Source: Strigamia acuminata
Lineage: Eukaryota
Assembly (NCBI GenBank): GCA_949358305.1
Contig: OX442314.1
Span: 30,690,001-30,754,000, forward strand
Length of the DNA stretch: 64,000 nucleotides
Direction: 5' to 3'
Shown here piece by piece: positions 1-12,100 of this stretch. Below the pieces are notes generated by a model, which had not been told where the DNA came from, did not search any database, and saw only the letters and a program-made list of their open reading frames with translations. Position 1 is the first letter of the stretch; each line of letters begins with the position of its first letter. A program made the position numbers and the translations under genes.

Positions 1-1
1 C

Positions 2-538
2 GGCAATGGTGGACTTACCGGAGCAAATGGATCACCAGGTTCTGCTGGAGGTTACGGCGGAAGCGGCGGCAATGGTGGACTTACCGGAGCAAATGGATCA
101 CCAGGTTCTGCTGGAGGTTACGGCGGAAGTGGCGGCAATGGTGGACTTCCCGGTTCGGCTGGTAATCCTGGAGGTTATGGCGGTGGAATGCCCGGATCTG
201 CTGGTTCCTCTGGAGGTTTTGGCGGAAGTGGTGGGATGCCCGGACCTCTGGGCTCTTCTGGAGGTTACGGCGGAAGTGGTGGACAGCCTGGAGCACCGGG
301 ATTTGCAGGAAGTTATGGTGGGGGTGGTGGTTTTGTTCCGTATCCGCCGATCATGCCGTGTTATCAATGCCGCCTCGGTGAGAAACCGATTGCAGTGGGT
401 CCGAATGGCATCCTTGGGTGCGGTTATTGTCCTAACTTGCCACCGTACATCCCCGGAATTCAAACACTAAGTTCAGTTCAACTTCAACAACCGAGTGAAA
501 GTCAAAATAGTACGCACACAATGCTACCTCGTGCGTAA
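2..538 (+). CDS. 3' part of a Gly/Ser/Pro-rich protein (family member 1) with a C-terminal CxxC...CxxC module; 5' end lies outside the window
   Basis: Frame open from nt 2 (GNGGLTGANGSPGSAGGYGGS repeats) to TAA 536-538; C-terminal CYQCRLGEKPIAVGPNGILGCGYCP matches the module in member 3; AATAAA near 593. Confidence 0.8.
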   Translation, partial: GNGGLTGANGSPGSAGGYGGSGGNGGLTGANGSPGSAGGYGGSGGNGGLPGSAGNPGGYGGGMPGSAGSSGGFGGSGGMPGPLGSSGGYGGSGGQPGAPGFAGSYGGGGGFVPYPPIMPCYQCRLGEKPIAVGPNGILGCGYCPNLPPYIPGIQTLSSVQLQQPSESQNSTHTMLPRA

Positions 539-1332
539 TGTTGTTGTTTGTATTTAAATGAATAATGTTTGCAAATTAAATTTTTGTTTGACAATAAAAT
601 AAAATCACCGTAGTTAATATTTCATACGATAACATTTATTTTCAAAACACTCACAATACAAAATGGCGTAACATAAAATTACGTCACCGAAGCAATCCGA
701 GCAATCCGAAACTAGATTTCTCTCCGTCGGAAAGAGTCGCTTCAAGTCATTGCGGACTTGAGAGCGATCACGCCTCTTGTTGCGACCACAGTCGCCATCG
801 TCTCCTTCTCGCTAGAGTTGTCACAACCAGTCAGCACAGGACTGGAGATCGTACTGTCTCCAAGATGGCGATCAAGCCACAAAGAGACCTTGTGTAATCT
901 TCTGTCCTGATTGGCTGCAATCAGAACGTCGTAGGAGCTGCTGAGGATCCTCTTGTTGATGTTGCCAGTGCCGACTAGCGGCGGCCAGTTGGTCACAATG
1001 CAATTTATTTTATTTTTATCTAAACAAATTAACAAATCCAAAATTAAATCTTATATCGCAATGCTGAAAGTCACTAAATTCTCCACTATCTCGTAATGCG
1101 TCCGTTTTATAAATTTAGTCTCTCGAATTTAATAAACTTTGTGCGTCTATTTTAAATTATAAAATATTCTTTTCATTTCTAGTGTTACCCATTAAAATAT
1201 AATATAAAACTAACTGTGAAATAACCCGGATCACACCAAACCGCTATCATATTTCGAATGCACCCAGTCTCAAGTGTACATCCATCAATAATACAATGAC
1301 TACTAAAACCGAATCACACGCGCAAGGAAAAC

Positions 1333-1815
1333 ATGAACGTGAGTATTGGTCTCTACTAACAAAATATTTAACACATATCTTAAAAATTTACTCAACTTTA
1401 GCGATGTATTATTTACATCCTTATCCTGGGCTTGATCGTTGTCGTGCAGTCGCTTAAGCGCACCAAACGGGCTTCAGCTGGCCTACAAGGCGCCCGACAA
1501 GCTCCGCTCGAAGATTATGAAAATCCAGACGATGGACAAGATGGCGAAGATGGTGAAGATGGAGGTTCGGGTGGAAGAGGTGGAAATGGAGGTGGAAGTG
1601 GCGGTGGAAGGGGTGGAAAGGGTGGAGGTAGAAGGGGTGGAAAGGGTGGAAAGGGTGGGGGTGGAAAGGGTGGAAAGGGTGGAGGTGGAAGAGGTGGAGG
1701 GGGTGGAGGTAGAAAAGGTGGAAGGGGTGGAGGTGGAAGGGGTGGAAATGGAGGTGGAAATGGAGGTGGAAGGGGTGGAAGGGGTGGAGGAGATGGAGAA
1801 GATGGAGCGGATTGA
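1333..1815 (+). CDS. Secreted RGG/KGG-rich protein with acidic DGEDG flanks (member 2); exons 1333-1338 and 1402-1815
   Basis: ATGAAC|gtgagt...tttag|CGATGT gives MNRCIIYILILGLIVVVQS (signal peptide) in frame with ORF 1432-1815; same layout as the paralogs. Confidence 0.85.
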
Positions 1816-2552
1816 AAATAAAAATAATGCGCAGACAACGCTACATCGTGCATCATGTAGTTTGCATTTAAATGAACGGTGTTTGTAAATTAAATTTTTA
1901 TTTGAAAATAAATAAATAAATAAATTAGTTTTTCGTGCGACATTTATTACATTCATAACATTTATTTTCAAAACACGCAATAAAAAACAACATAATGATG
2001 GTATTTTGTAAAATCTGAAATTTTGGAAATCTTTAAGTCCATATATATATTAATTTTTATAGGAAATGAAAATAGGTTGTCGCGTCCTTACTCGGGGATG
2101 TAAAATTACCGTTTAAGGTATAACTTCCCTGGTTTGTCTCACCTGTGATTGATGTACACCATAGTAATTCACTACAGGATATTTAAAGGAATAAACTGTT
2201 TATTACCGGCTACAAGTCTTATAATCGTATAATGGTATGAATTAGATAAAAGGAATCCAAGATCACGTCCTCGGATCTGCGTGGTTGTGGATCACTGGCG
2301 TCGCCCTGGTTGTTGCGTTCTTCGCGAGTCCGTTCGTTGGTGGATTGTCCATTGCCTGTTGGCCAGAAAAGAGAAAACGATCTATTTGGATTGTGACACA
2401 GAAGGGGGTTACCTACGAAATGTCTCCGATGGCTACATACTGTCTTCTGGGTCACCGCAAGGTCAAGAAATGGACAATGAAGTTAAAAAGGATTCTGAAG
2501 TTTTGTTATACCGTATTTATTTGTAACTAAGCTTTGTAACCTAAAACCAAGC

Positions 2553-3024
2553 TAATCCTCAATTAGGACACTTTATTGGGTCATAATTGTAAGTGAAAGA
2601 GAGGAAACACAAAAGAAAGGAAATACTCATTTTGGAAATACATTACAACATGCTAGTTTTAGTAGGTTACAAAGCTACCGTACTGCCTCGATTTAACGCC
2701 GGGCGTATCTAAACGCCGGGCCTCGATTAATGACTAATGTTTCTAACCTTTTTTTCTCAAAACTTTTCAGTAAGAGATAATATTTTTAAGAACAGTTCTA
2801 GACTAATTAGATGGTGCTCTACAACTTTCTAATTCACCTTTTCTCTCTATCTGTCACGGTTCTCGAGTTACAATATGGATGACCTAGAAGATGACCTCTG
2901 AGGTCAAGTTGGATGTCATAATTGGATTTTCCCTAAAATACTACACTGACAGTCATTTTGCTAAATCAACAACTAAAACAGTTTGGGAATTATTTACTGA
3001 GAACCAGACTTTCTGACCACCCTG
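2553..3024 (-). mobile_element. Truncated copy of Tc1/mariner-type MITE family A
   Basis: Reverse match to the left part of 40495-41158; ends ...ACCACCCTG|TA; paralogous empty site near 7390 (TATAAAGCGCC). Confidence 0.75.
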
Positions 3025-3222
3025 TATAAAGCGCCATTTTTATATCAGGATCAACTAAGACTAATTTAGCATTCAAACAGTAAACTAACCCGGATCACAA
3101 CAAACTGCTATCGTATTTCGAATGCAATTAACAAATCATCACCTGGAATGCAACACCCACTCTCAAGTGTTCATCCATCAATATAATGACTCCTAAAACC
3201 AAATCACGCAGGCAAGGCAACC

Positions 3223-4540
3223 ATGAACGTGAGTATTGGTCTCCACTAACAAAATATGTAACAACTCTTAAAAATTCACTCAATTTTAGCACTTTATTAT
3301 TCACATCCTTATTCTGTGCTTGATCGTTGTCGTGGACTCGTATAACCGCACCACCGGAGCTCCGTCAGGCCAACAAGGCGCCCAAATAGCTCCGTCAGGC
3401 CAGCAAGGCGCCCAAAGAGCTCCATTAGGCCAACAAGGCATCCAAAGAGCTCCATCAGGCCAACAAGGCGCCCAAAGAGCTCCGTTAGGCCAACAAGGCG
3501 CCCAAAGAGCTCCGTTAGGCCAACAAGGCGCCCAAAAAGCTCTGTTAGGCCAACAAGGTGCCCAAAGCGCTCCGTCAAGCCAACAAGGCGCCCAACTATT
3601 GCAACATTATGAAAATCTACGTGATTTTTTTTTACCTAACCCAGGTGAACATCATGAATCTGAATATGACGACAGTGACGATAGTTACGACAGTGACGAC
3701 AGTGACGATAGTTACGACAGTGACGATAGGTACGACAGTGACGATAGTGACGACAGTCAGTATAGTGAAGATAGTGAAGATAGTGAAGATAGTGAAGATA
3801 GTGAAGATAGTGAAGATAGTGAAGATAGTGAAGATAGTGAATATAGTGAAGATAGTGAAGGTAGTGAAGATGGTGATGATGGTAAAGTTGGTAAAGATGG
3901 TAAAGTTATTAAACGTGACAAAAATGGTGAAGATGAAATTGGAGGTAATAGAAATCGTACAGTGTCTGACGTTCCACTTGATTCCAATATTCAGCAAAGA
4001 GTACACGACAGAAGTGATAGCAGAATTGAATTTCCCGAATCACCTGGTTATCCTAGAGCTAATAGTGGCAGTGTTCAATTTCTCAAACCACCTAGTTATC
4101 CTAGAGGCTTCAGTGGCAGTGTTGGATTTCCCGAACCACCTGGTTATCCTAGAGGTTATAGTGGAAGTGTCGGATTCCCCGAATCACTTGGTTATCCTAG
4201 AGGTTATAGTGGCAGTATTGGATTGCCCGAATCAACGGGATATCCTAAAGGTTTTAGTGGCAGTGTTGGATTGCCCGAATCACCGGGTTATCCTAGAGGT
4301 TATAGTGGCAGTGTTGGTAATAGAGGTGAAATGTCCGGATATCCAGTTGGGAACGTTGGTCTGCCTAGAGCACCAGATTTGCGATTGAAGGATTGTCATC
4401 CATGCCGCTTTGGTGAAAAACCTAGCGTAGTGGGTCCGAATGGCGCCCAGAGATGCGGTTATTGTCCTATTTTTCACCATACATCATCGGAATCTCGTTA
4501 TGACTCTCCAGACACTAAGTTCAACAAGTTCGACGACTGA
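3223..4540 (+). CDS. Secreted modular protein (member 3): 8x (R)AP(S/L)GQQGAQ, Asp-Ser/Ser-Glu-Asp tract, PESPGYPRGYSGSVG repeats, CxxC...CxxC module; exons 3223-3228 and 3290-4540
   Basis: ATGAAC|gtgagt intron 3229-3289 ...tttag|; signal peptide MNHFIIHILILCLIVVVDS in frame with ORF 3320-4540. Confidence 0.85.
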
Positions 4541-4557
4541 GTAAAAAGTTAAAATAA

Positions 4558-5339
4558 TATGGGTAGCCAAACGACTCAATATTACTTCTTGTGCTATGAC
4601 ATGCCATCTGGGCATGACATGCCAACTCTTTATGCCAACTCTTCGTGCCAACTCTTCGTGCCAACTCTTTGTGCCAACTCTTCATGCCAACTTTTAATAG
4701 ACCAGACATTTTTCTAAAAGCCTCTATTTATCGTAATTTGGTTTTTTTGTTCAATTTTCACTGTCTACACTTAGTATCATAAATTTAAGACGACTGAAAT
4801 CTGAGACATAAAGCATTGTAAAAACTTTGAGTTTGTGTTTGCAAATGAATTTGGAAAAAATAAAAATATTTCCTCTAAAACTACATGAAATAATGAATAA
4901 AATCAACAAGTGTTTATTTTTTTTAATAGTTAAAAATCCAGATTTTTAAAACTTTAAAATATACATTTTATTCATTTTTCCATGTAGTTTTAGAAGAAAT
5001 GTTTTTTATTTTTCCAAATTCATTTGCAAACGCACAAACTTAAAGTTTTTACAATGTTTCATGTCTCAGATTTCAGTGGTCTTAAATTTATGATACTAAG
5101 TGTAGACAGTGAAAATTGAACAAAAAATCCAAATTATACGATAAATAGAGGCTTCTAGAAAAATGTTTGGGTCTATTAAGAGTTGGCACAAAGAGTTGGC
5201 ATGAAGAATTGGCATAAAGAGCTGGCATAAAGAGTTGGCATTGGCATGTCATACCGAGATGCATGTAGAGATGGCATGTCATGCCGAGATGGCATGTCAT
5301 AGCATAAGAAGTAATATTCAGTCGTTTGGCCCCTTCATA
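4558..5339. mobile_element. Foldback-like MITE, nearly palindromic, with TGCCAACTCTT subrepeats
   Basis: Termini GCCAAACGACT...AGTCGTTTGGCC; left and right halves are reverse complements. Confidence 0.8.
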
Positions 5340-6056
5340 ATCTGATGCGCAATCATTGCTATCTCGTGCGTACTGTTTTTTTTTGTTTTTCATTTAAATG
5401 AAAGATGTTTTTAAATTAAATTTTTGTAAGCTATTTTGTTCTCTTATTACACTGATTTATTTATTTAATAAAATACAAGAAAAATACAGGCTATAAATCA
5501 ACAACATGGACGACTGCATTAAGTGCCTCTGTGTTTTGTTTAGTATGAATACCAGTAACTAAAAAAAATTAGGCTGCGATTTACCATTAATTTTATTGAA
5601 TACTTTCTCCATTTTACACATAAAAGAACTCCCAGAATCCCGCTCAAAGTTGTTTCTATCTCACAAATTATCTGGGAGAAATACAACATGATTTTTTAAA
5701 ATAATTTCCGATTTAACGTTTATTCAGTTCAATTCCCATTACACTACAATATGACAGTTTTAGTCCTATTTTACTAGGCGTTTTGCAGTCGTCATTTTCA
5801 TTTCTAGCGATACAATAAGTATATTTTATACCCTAGACAAATTAACCATTTTTATTTCAGGATGTAAGACTAGTTTAGCATTCCTATCGTGAAATATCCC
5901 GGATCACAACAAACCGCTATCGCATTTCACAAGCAAATAAAATAAAATAATTACTAGGAATGCAATACGGAGTCTTATGGGTTCACCCATCAATATAATG
6001 ACTCCTCCAGACCCAAACTCAACTCGAAGCGAATCGCAACGAGCAAGGCAACCACC

Positions 6057-6465
6057 ATGAATGTGAGTTTTAATATCTAATACCAACTAGTGTTAAAAAT
6101 TTGCCCAATTTTAGAAATTTATTCTCATCCTTATTCTGGGCGTGATCGTCGCTGTGTACTCACGAAAAAACAAAAAAGAAGCTCCAGCAAAAGCGAAACC
6201 TTGTGGTGGAGGAGGCGGCAGTGGAACCAATGGAGGTTTTGGGTTTGGTTTTGGATACTCGGATGATCCAAACTGCAAAGGTGGAGGCTCTGGTGGTGGC
6301 TCTGGTAGTGGCTCTGGTAGTGGCTCTGGTGGAGGTTCTGGAAGTGGCTCTGGAGGTGGGTCTGGTGGTGGAGGTGGTGGTGGAGGCTCTGGTGGATATG
6401 GATATGGATATGGAGGAAGTAATGGATATGGATATGGATATGGAGGTGATAAAAGACGTCGTTAA
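6057..6465 (+). CDS. Short secreted Gly/Ser/Tyr-rich protein (member 4); exons 6057-6062 and 6115-6465
   Basis: ATGAAT|gtgagt...ttttag|AAATTT; MNKFILILILGVIVAVYS signal peptide; KPC...PNCK; GYGYG; ends KRRR. Confidence 0.88.
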
Positions 6466-6879
6466 TTCAGCGCCGAACTAACCACTTCCGAGGCTGCAAG
6501 CAGAAGCATTAATCAAACCCTTTTCCATTTTTCAAAAAATCAAATTGTAAAATAGGATATCATGTTTTTTTTCCTATATATTATATTCATCTATATAAAT
6601 AAAAATGTAAATAAAAAAAGTGAATTCAGACTTCTGCTCTGCAACACTTTTAAATTCAAATGTACAGCAATAAAAAATGTATTTCCTGCATTGTACCTTT
6701 CCTTCTACAACTAATCCTAACAAATTCTGCAGACATCTATTTAAGACGAACTTACACTTATTCGTATTTTTGATAATCACTCAAAGAAATAAAAAATCAT
6801 TGATTTTAATGGTGACATTTTGGATGGCAATTGTTTGCTAGTTGCAGTTGAAAACGAGAGAGTTCAGGTTTATAGCATT

Positions 6880-7172
6880 ACATGTTTATGCGTACGGACG
6901 AAAAGGCCTTCAAATCCCGAATGTGTTTAATCTCCTTTAGGGCTAAAGGTTAGTTGGTTGTCCATTTGCAAACCCACATGAGAGGAAGGTCATTCAAGTG
7001 CCATTTGTGTGCATAGTCCAGTTTTGCAAATGGAAATTTAAAAATACATTTATAAGAATCCATACTGGAGAAAAACTATTCAAGTGCCATTTGTGTGATT
7101 ATTCTTGTACTGGAAGTGAACAGTTCAAATACACAGACGAACTCATACTGGAGAAAAACCATTCATGTGTCC
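6880..7172 (+). pseudogene. Degenerate C2H2 zinc-finger array fragment
   Basis: FKCHLC..H...H fingers with HTGEKLF and HTGEKPFMC linkers; stops and frameshifts. Confidence 0.8.
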
Positions 7173-7538
7173 CATGGATAATGCTGAAAGTCACTAATTT
7201 TTTTACTTTGTGCGTTAATTTTAAATTATAAACTACTGTTTTTATTTCTGGCGTTAGTAAGTACTCTATCTGTTAGGCAACCCAACCACAGTAAGTGTAA
7301 AAGTCAAATTAGTATATACTGACTTGACTTATTTTTCCACTAAAATAAATTGACTTTTACATATATGTAAATACATACATGTAAATAATTATAAAGCGCC
7401 ATTTTTATATCAAGAACAACTAAGACTAAGATTATAAATTAACCCGGATCACAGCAAACTGCTATCGTATTTCGAATGCAATAAACAAATCATCACCTGG
7501 AATGCAACACCCAACTAAATCACGCATGCAAGGCAACC

Positions 7539-8171
7539 ATGAACGTGAGTGTTGGTCTCCACTAACATAATATTTAACAAGTCTTAAATATTCACTCAAT
7601 TTTAGCACTTTATTATTCACGTGCTTATTCTGTTGTTGATCGTTGTTGGTTACTCGCATAACCGCACCACCGAAGATCCAGGTGAATATCATGAATCTGA
7701 ATATTTATATGAAGACAGTGAAAGTGTAATTAGTGGAGATAGTGAAGACGGTGACGATGGTAAAGTTGATCATGATGGTGAGGTTACTAAACGAAATAAA
7801 AATGGTGAAGATGAAATCGGAGGTAATAGAAAACATTTAGTGTCTGACTTGATTCCAATATTGAGCAAAAAGTATACGTCAGAAGTGACAACAGTATTGG
7901 ATTTCCCGAATCAACTGGTTATCCTAGAGGCTTCAGTGGCAGTGTTCGATCTCCCGAAGCAACCGGTTATCCTAGAGGTTATAGTGGCAGTGTTGGTAAT
8001 AGAAATGTAATGCCCGATTATACAGTTTGGAACCTTGGTCTGCCTAGAGAACCAGGTTTGCAACTGATGGATTGTCATCCATGCCGCTTTGGTGAAATAC
8101 CTAGCGTAGTGGGTCCGAATGGCGCCCATAGGTGCGGTTATTGTTCTAATTTTCACCGTACACCACCGTAA
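7539..8171 (+). pseudogene. Frameshifted paralog of member 3 (member 5); exons 7539-7544 and 7606 onward
   Basis: Same 5' structure; 7-nt deletion (GTTCCAC) after 7848 shifts the frame; the ancestral frame also has GAA>TAA at 8169-8171; GQQGAQ repeats absent. Confidence 0.75.
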
Positions 8172-8236
8172 TATATTTATAACTATCCAAACACTAAGTT
8201 CAACAAGTTCGACGACTGAACAAAAAGTTAAAATTA

Positions 8237-8388
8237 TATGGGGGCCAAACGACTCAATATTTCATCTTGTGGTATGACATGCCATCTCGGCATGACTTGC
8301 CAACTCTTTATGCCAACTCTTTATGCCAGATGGAATGTCATAGCATAAGAAGTAACATTGAGTCGTTTGGCCCCCCCCCCCCCCCATA
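8237..8388. mobile_element. Internally deleted copy of the foldback MITE, at the site equivalent to 4558-5339
   Basis: Same termini and flanks; centre collapsed between subrepeats. Confidence 0.75.
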
Positions 8389-9105
8389 ATAAGATGCGCA
8401 ATCATTGCTACCTCGTGATGGGTAATGTTTTTTTATTTTTTCCATTTAAATGAATGATGTTTTTAAATAAAATTTTTGTAAGCTTTTCGTTCTCTTATCA
8501 CACTGATTTATTTATTTAATAAAATGCAAGAAAAATACAGAATATCAATCAACAACATGGACGACTGCATTCAGTGCCTCTGTGTTTCATTTTGTGTGAA
8601 TACCAAGAACTAAAAAAATTATTAGGCTGCGATTTACCAGTCATTTTATTGAATACTATCTCCATTCTACAGACAAAAGAACTCACAGAGTCCCGCTCAC
8701 AGTTGTTTCTATCTCAAAAATTATCTGGGAGAAATACAATATGATTTTTTGAAATAATGTCCGATTTAACGTTTATTCAGTTCAATTCCCATTACACTGC
8801 AATATGACAGTTTTAGTCCTATTTGACAAGGCGTTTTGCAGTTGTTGTTTTCATTTCTAGTGATACAATAAGTGCATTCTATACACGAATCAAATTAACT
8901 ATTTTTATTTCAGGATGTAAGACTAGTTTATCGTTCCTACTGCGGAATTTTCCGGATTGTGATCCGGGCTATCACATTTCAAATACAATTATCAAATAAT
9001 TACCAGGAATGTAATACGGAGTCTTAAAGGTTCAGACATCAATATAACGACTCCTCCAGACCCAAACTCAACTCGAAGAGAATCGTAACGAGCAAGGCAA
9101 ACACC

Positions 9106-12100
9106 ATGAATGTGAGTTTTAATCTCTAATAGCAAAATGTTAAACACTAGTCCAAAAAATTCACTTAATTTTAGAAATTTATTCTCATCCTTATTCTGGG
9201 CGTGCTTGTCGCTGGGCACAAACACCACAAACACCATAAAAAAAAAGCTGCAGCAAACCTGAAACCTTGTGGTAGAGGAGGCGGCAGTAGAACCAATGAA
9301 GGTTTTTGGTTTGGATACTTGAAAGATCCAAAATGCAAAAGTGGAGGCTCTGGTGGCGGATCTGGTGGCGGCTTTGGTGTAAGCTCTGGTGGCGCATCTG
9401 GTGGAGGCTTTGGTAGAGGTTCTGGTGGCGGTGGCGGCTCTGGTCAAGGCTCCGGTGGCGGCTTTGGTGAAGGCTCTGGTGGCGGCTTTGGTGGAGGCTC
9501 TGGTGGCGGTTCTGGTGGAGGCTCTGGTGGCGGTGGCGGCTCTGGTAAAGGCTCTGGTAAAGGTTCTGGTGGCGGATCTGGGGGTGGCTTTGGTGGAGGC
9601 TCTGGTGGCGGATCTGGTGGAGGCTCTGGTGGCGGATCTGGTGGCGGCATTGGTGGAGGCTCTGGTGGCGGTGGCGGCTTTGGTGGAGGCTCTGGTGGCG
9701 GATCTGGTGGAGGCTCTGGTGGGGGCTCTGGTGGCGGATCTGGTGGAGGCTCTGGTAGTGGATCTGGTGGAGGCTCTGGTGGTGGATCTGGTGGAGGCTC
9801 TGGTGGCGGATCTGGTGGCGGTGGTGGCTTTGGTGGCGGCTCTGGCAAAGGCTCTGGTGGCGGATCTGGTGGAGGCTCTGGTGGTGGATCTGGTGTAGGC
9901 TTTGGTGGAGGCTCTGGCTCTGGTGGTGGCTTTGGTGGAGGCTCTGGTGGCGGCTTTGATGGAGGCTCTGGTGGCGGAACTGGTGGCAGTGGCGGCTTTG
10001 GCGAAAGCTCTGGTGGGGGATCTGGTGGAGGCCATGGTGGAGGCTCTGGTGGCGGATCTGGTGGAGGCTCTGGTGGTGGATCTGGTGGAGGCTCTGGTGG
10101 CGGATCTGGTGGCGGTGGCGGCTTTGGTGGAGGCTCTGGTGGCGGCTTTGGTGGCGGCTCTGGTGGCGGATCTGGTGGCGGCTCTGGTGGCGGATCTGGT
10201 GGAGGCCATGGTGGAGGCTCTGGTGGCGGATCTGGTGGCGGTGGCGGCTTTGGTGGAGGCTCTGGTGGCGGATCTGGTGGAGGCCATGGTGGGGGCTCAG
10301 GTGGCGGATCTGGGGGCGGATCTGGTGGAGGTCATGGTGGAGGCTCTGGTGGCGGATCTGGTGGCGGTGGCGGCTTTGGTGGAGGCTCTGGTGGCGGATC
10401 TGGTAGAGGCCATGGTGGAGGCTCTGGTGGCGGATCTGGTGGCGGATCTGGTGGAGGTCATGGTGGAGGCTCTGGTGGCGGATCAGGTGGCGGTGGCGGC
10501 TTTGGTGGAGGCTCTGGTGGCGGCTTTGGTGGAGGCTCTGGTGGCGGATCTGGTGGAAGCCATGGTGGAGGCTCTGGTAGCGGATCTGGTGGCGGTGGCG
10601 GCTTTGGGGGAGGCTCTGGTGGCGGCTTTGGTGGCGGCTCTGGTGGCGGATCTGGTGGCGGCTCTGGTGGCGGATCTGGTGGAGGCCATGGTGGAGGCTC
10701 TGGTGGCGGATCTGGTGGCGGTGGCGGCTTTGGTGGAGGCTCTGGTGGCGGATCTGGTGGAGGCCATAGTGGGGGCTCAGGTGGCGGATCTGGTGGCGGA
10801 TCTGGTGGAGGTCATGGTGGAGGCTCTGGTGGCGGATCTGGAGGCGGTGGCGGCTTTGGTGGAGGCTCTGGTGGTGGCTTTGGTGGCGGATCTGGTGGAG
10901 GCCATGGTGGTGGCTCTGGTGCCGGATCTGGTGGCGGTTCTGGTGGAGGTCATGGTGGAGGCTCTGGTGGCGGATCTGGTGGCGGTGGCGGCTTTGGTGG
11001 AGGCTCTGGTGGCGGATCTGGTGGAGGCTCTGGTGGCGGATCTGGTGGAGGACATGGTGGAGGCTCTGGTGGCGGATCTGGTGGCGGTGGCGGCTTTGGC
11101 GGAGGCTATGGTGGGGGATCTGGTGGAGGCCATGGTGGAGGCTCTGGTGGCGGATCTGGTGGAGGCTCTGGTGGTGGATCTGGTGGAGGCTCTGGTGGCG
11201 GATCTGGTGGCGGTGGCGGCTTTGGTGGAGGCTCTGGTGGCGGCTTTGGTGGCGGCTCTGGTGGCGGATCTGGTGGCGGCTCTGGAGGCGGATCTGGTGG
11301 AGGCCATGGTGGAGGCTCTGGTGGCGGATCTGGTGGCGGTGGCGGCTCTGGTGGAGGCTCTGGTGGGGGATCTGGTGGAGGCCATGGTGGGGGCTCAGGT
11401 GGCGGATCTGGTGGCGGATCTGGTGGAGGTCATGGTGGAGGCTCTGGTGGCGGATCTGGCGGCGGTGGCGGCTTTGGTGGAGGCTCTGGTGGCGGATCTG
11501 GTGGAGGCCATGGTGGAGGCTCTGGTGGCGGATCTGGTGGCGGATCTGGTGGAGGTCATGGTGGAGGCTCTGGTGGCGGATCAGGTGGCGGTGGCGGCTT
11601 TGGTGGAGGCTCTGGTGGCGGCTTTGGTGGAGGCTCTGGTGGCGGATCTGGTGGAGGCCATGGTGGAGGCTCTGGTAGCGGATCTGGTGGCGGTGGCGGC
11701 TTTGGGGGAGGCTCTGGTGGCGGCTTTGGTGGCGGCTCTGGTGGCGGCTCTGGTGGCGGCTCTGGTGGCGGATCTGGTGGAGGCCATGGTGGAGGCTCTG
11801 GTGGCGGATCTGGTGGCGGTGGCGGCTTTGGTGGAGGTTCTGGTGGCGGATCTGGTGGAGGCCATGGTGGGGGCTCAGGTGGCGGATCTGGTGGCGGATC
11901 TGGTGGAGGTCATGGTGGAGGCTCTGGTGGCGGATCTGGTGGCGGTGGCGGCTTTGGCGGAGGCTCTGGTGGGGGATCTGGTGGAGGCCATGGTGGAGGC
12001 TCTGGTGGCGGATCTGGTGGAGGCTCTGGTGGTGGATCTGGTGGAGGCTCTGGTGGCGGATCTGGTGGCGGTGGCGGCTTTGGTGGAGGCTCTGGTGGCG

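Noticed and set aside
700..1000. GC-richer island with a 99-aa minus-strand ORF
   Set aside because: No recognisable motif in the frames examined; probably a decayed repeat fragment
2078..2398. TGTC...GACA-bounded segment resembling a solo LTR
   Set aside because: No TSD, PBS, PPT or second copy visible
5850..5870. TTTCAG-GAT-GTAAGA as a possible 3-nt microexon upstream of members 4, 6, 7 and 8
   Set aside because: Lies upstream of the putative TATA; donor missing in members 3 and 5; conservation explained by recent duplication
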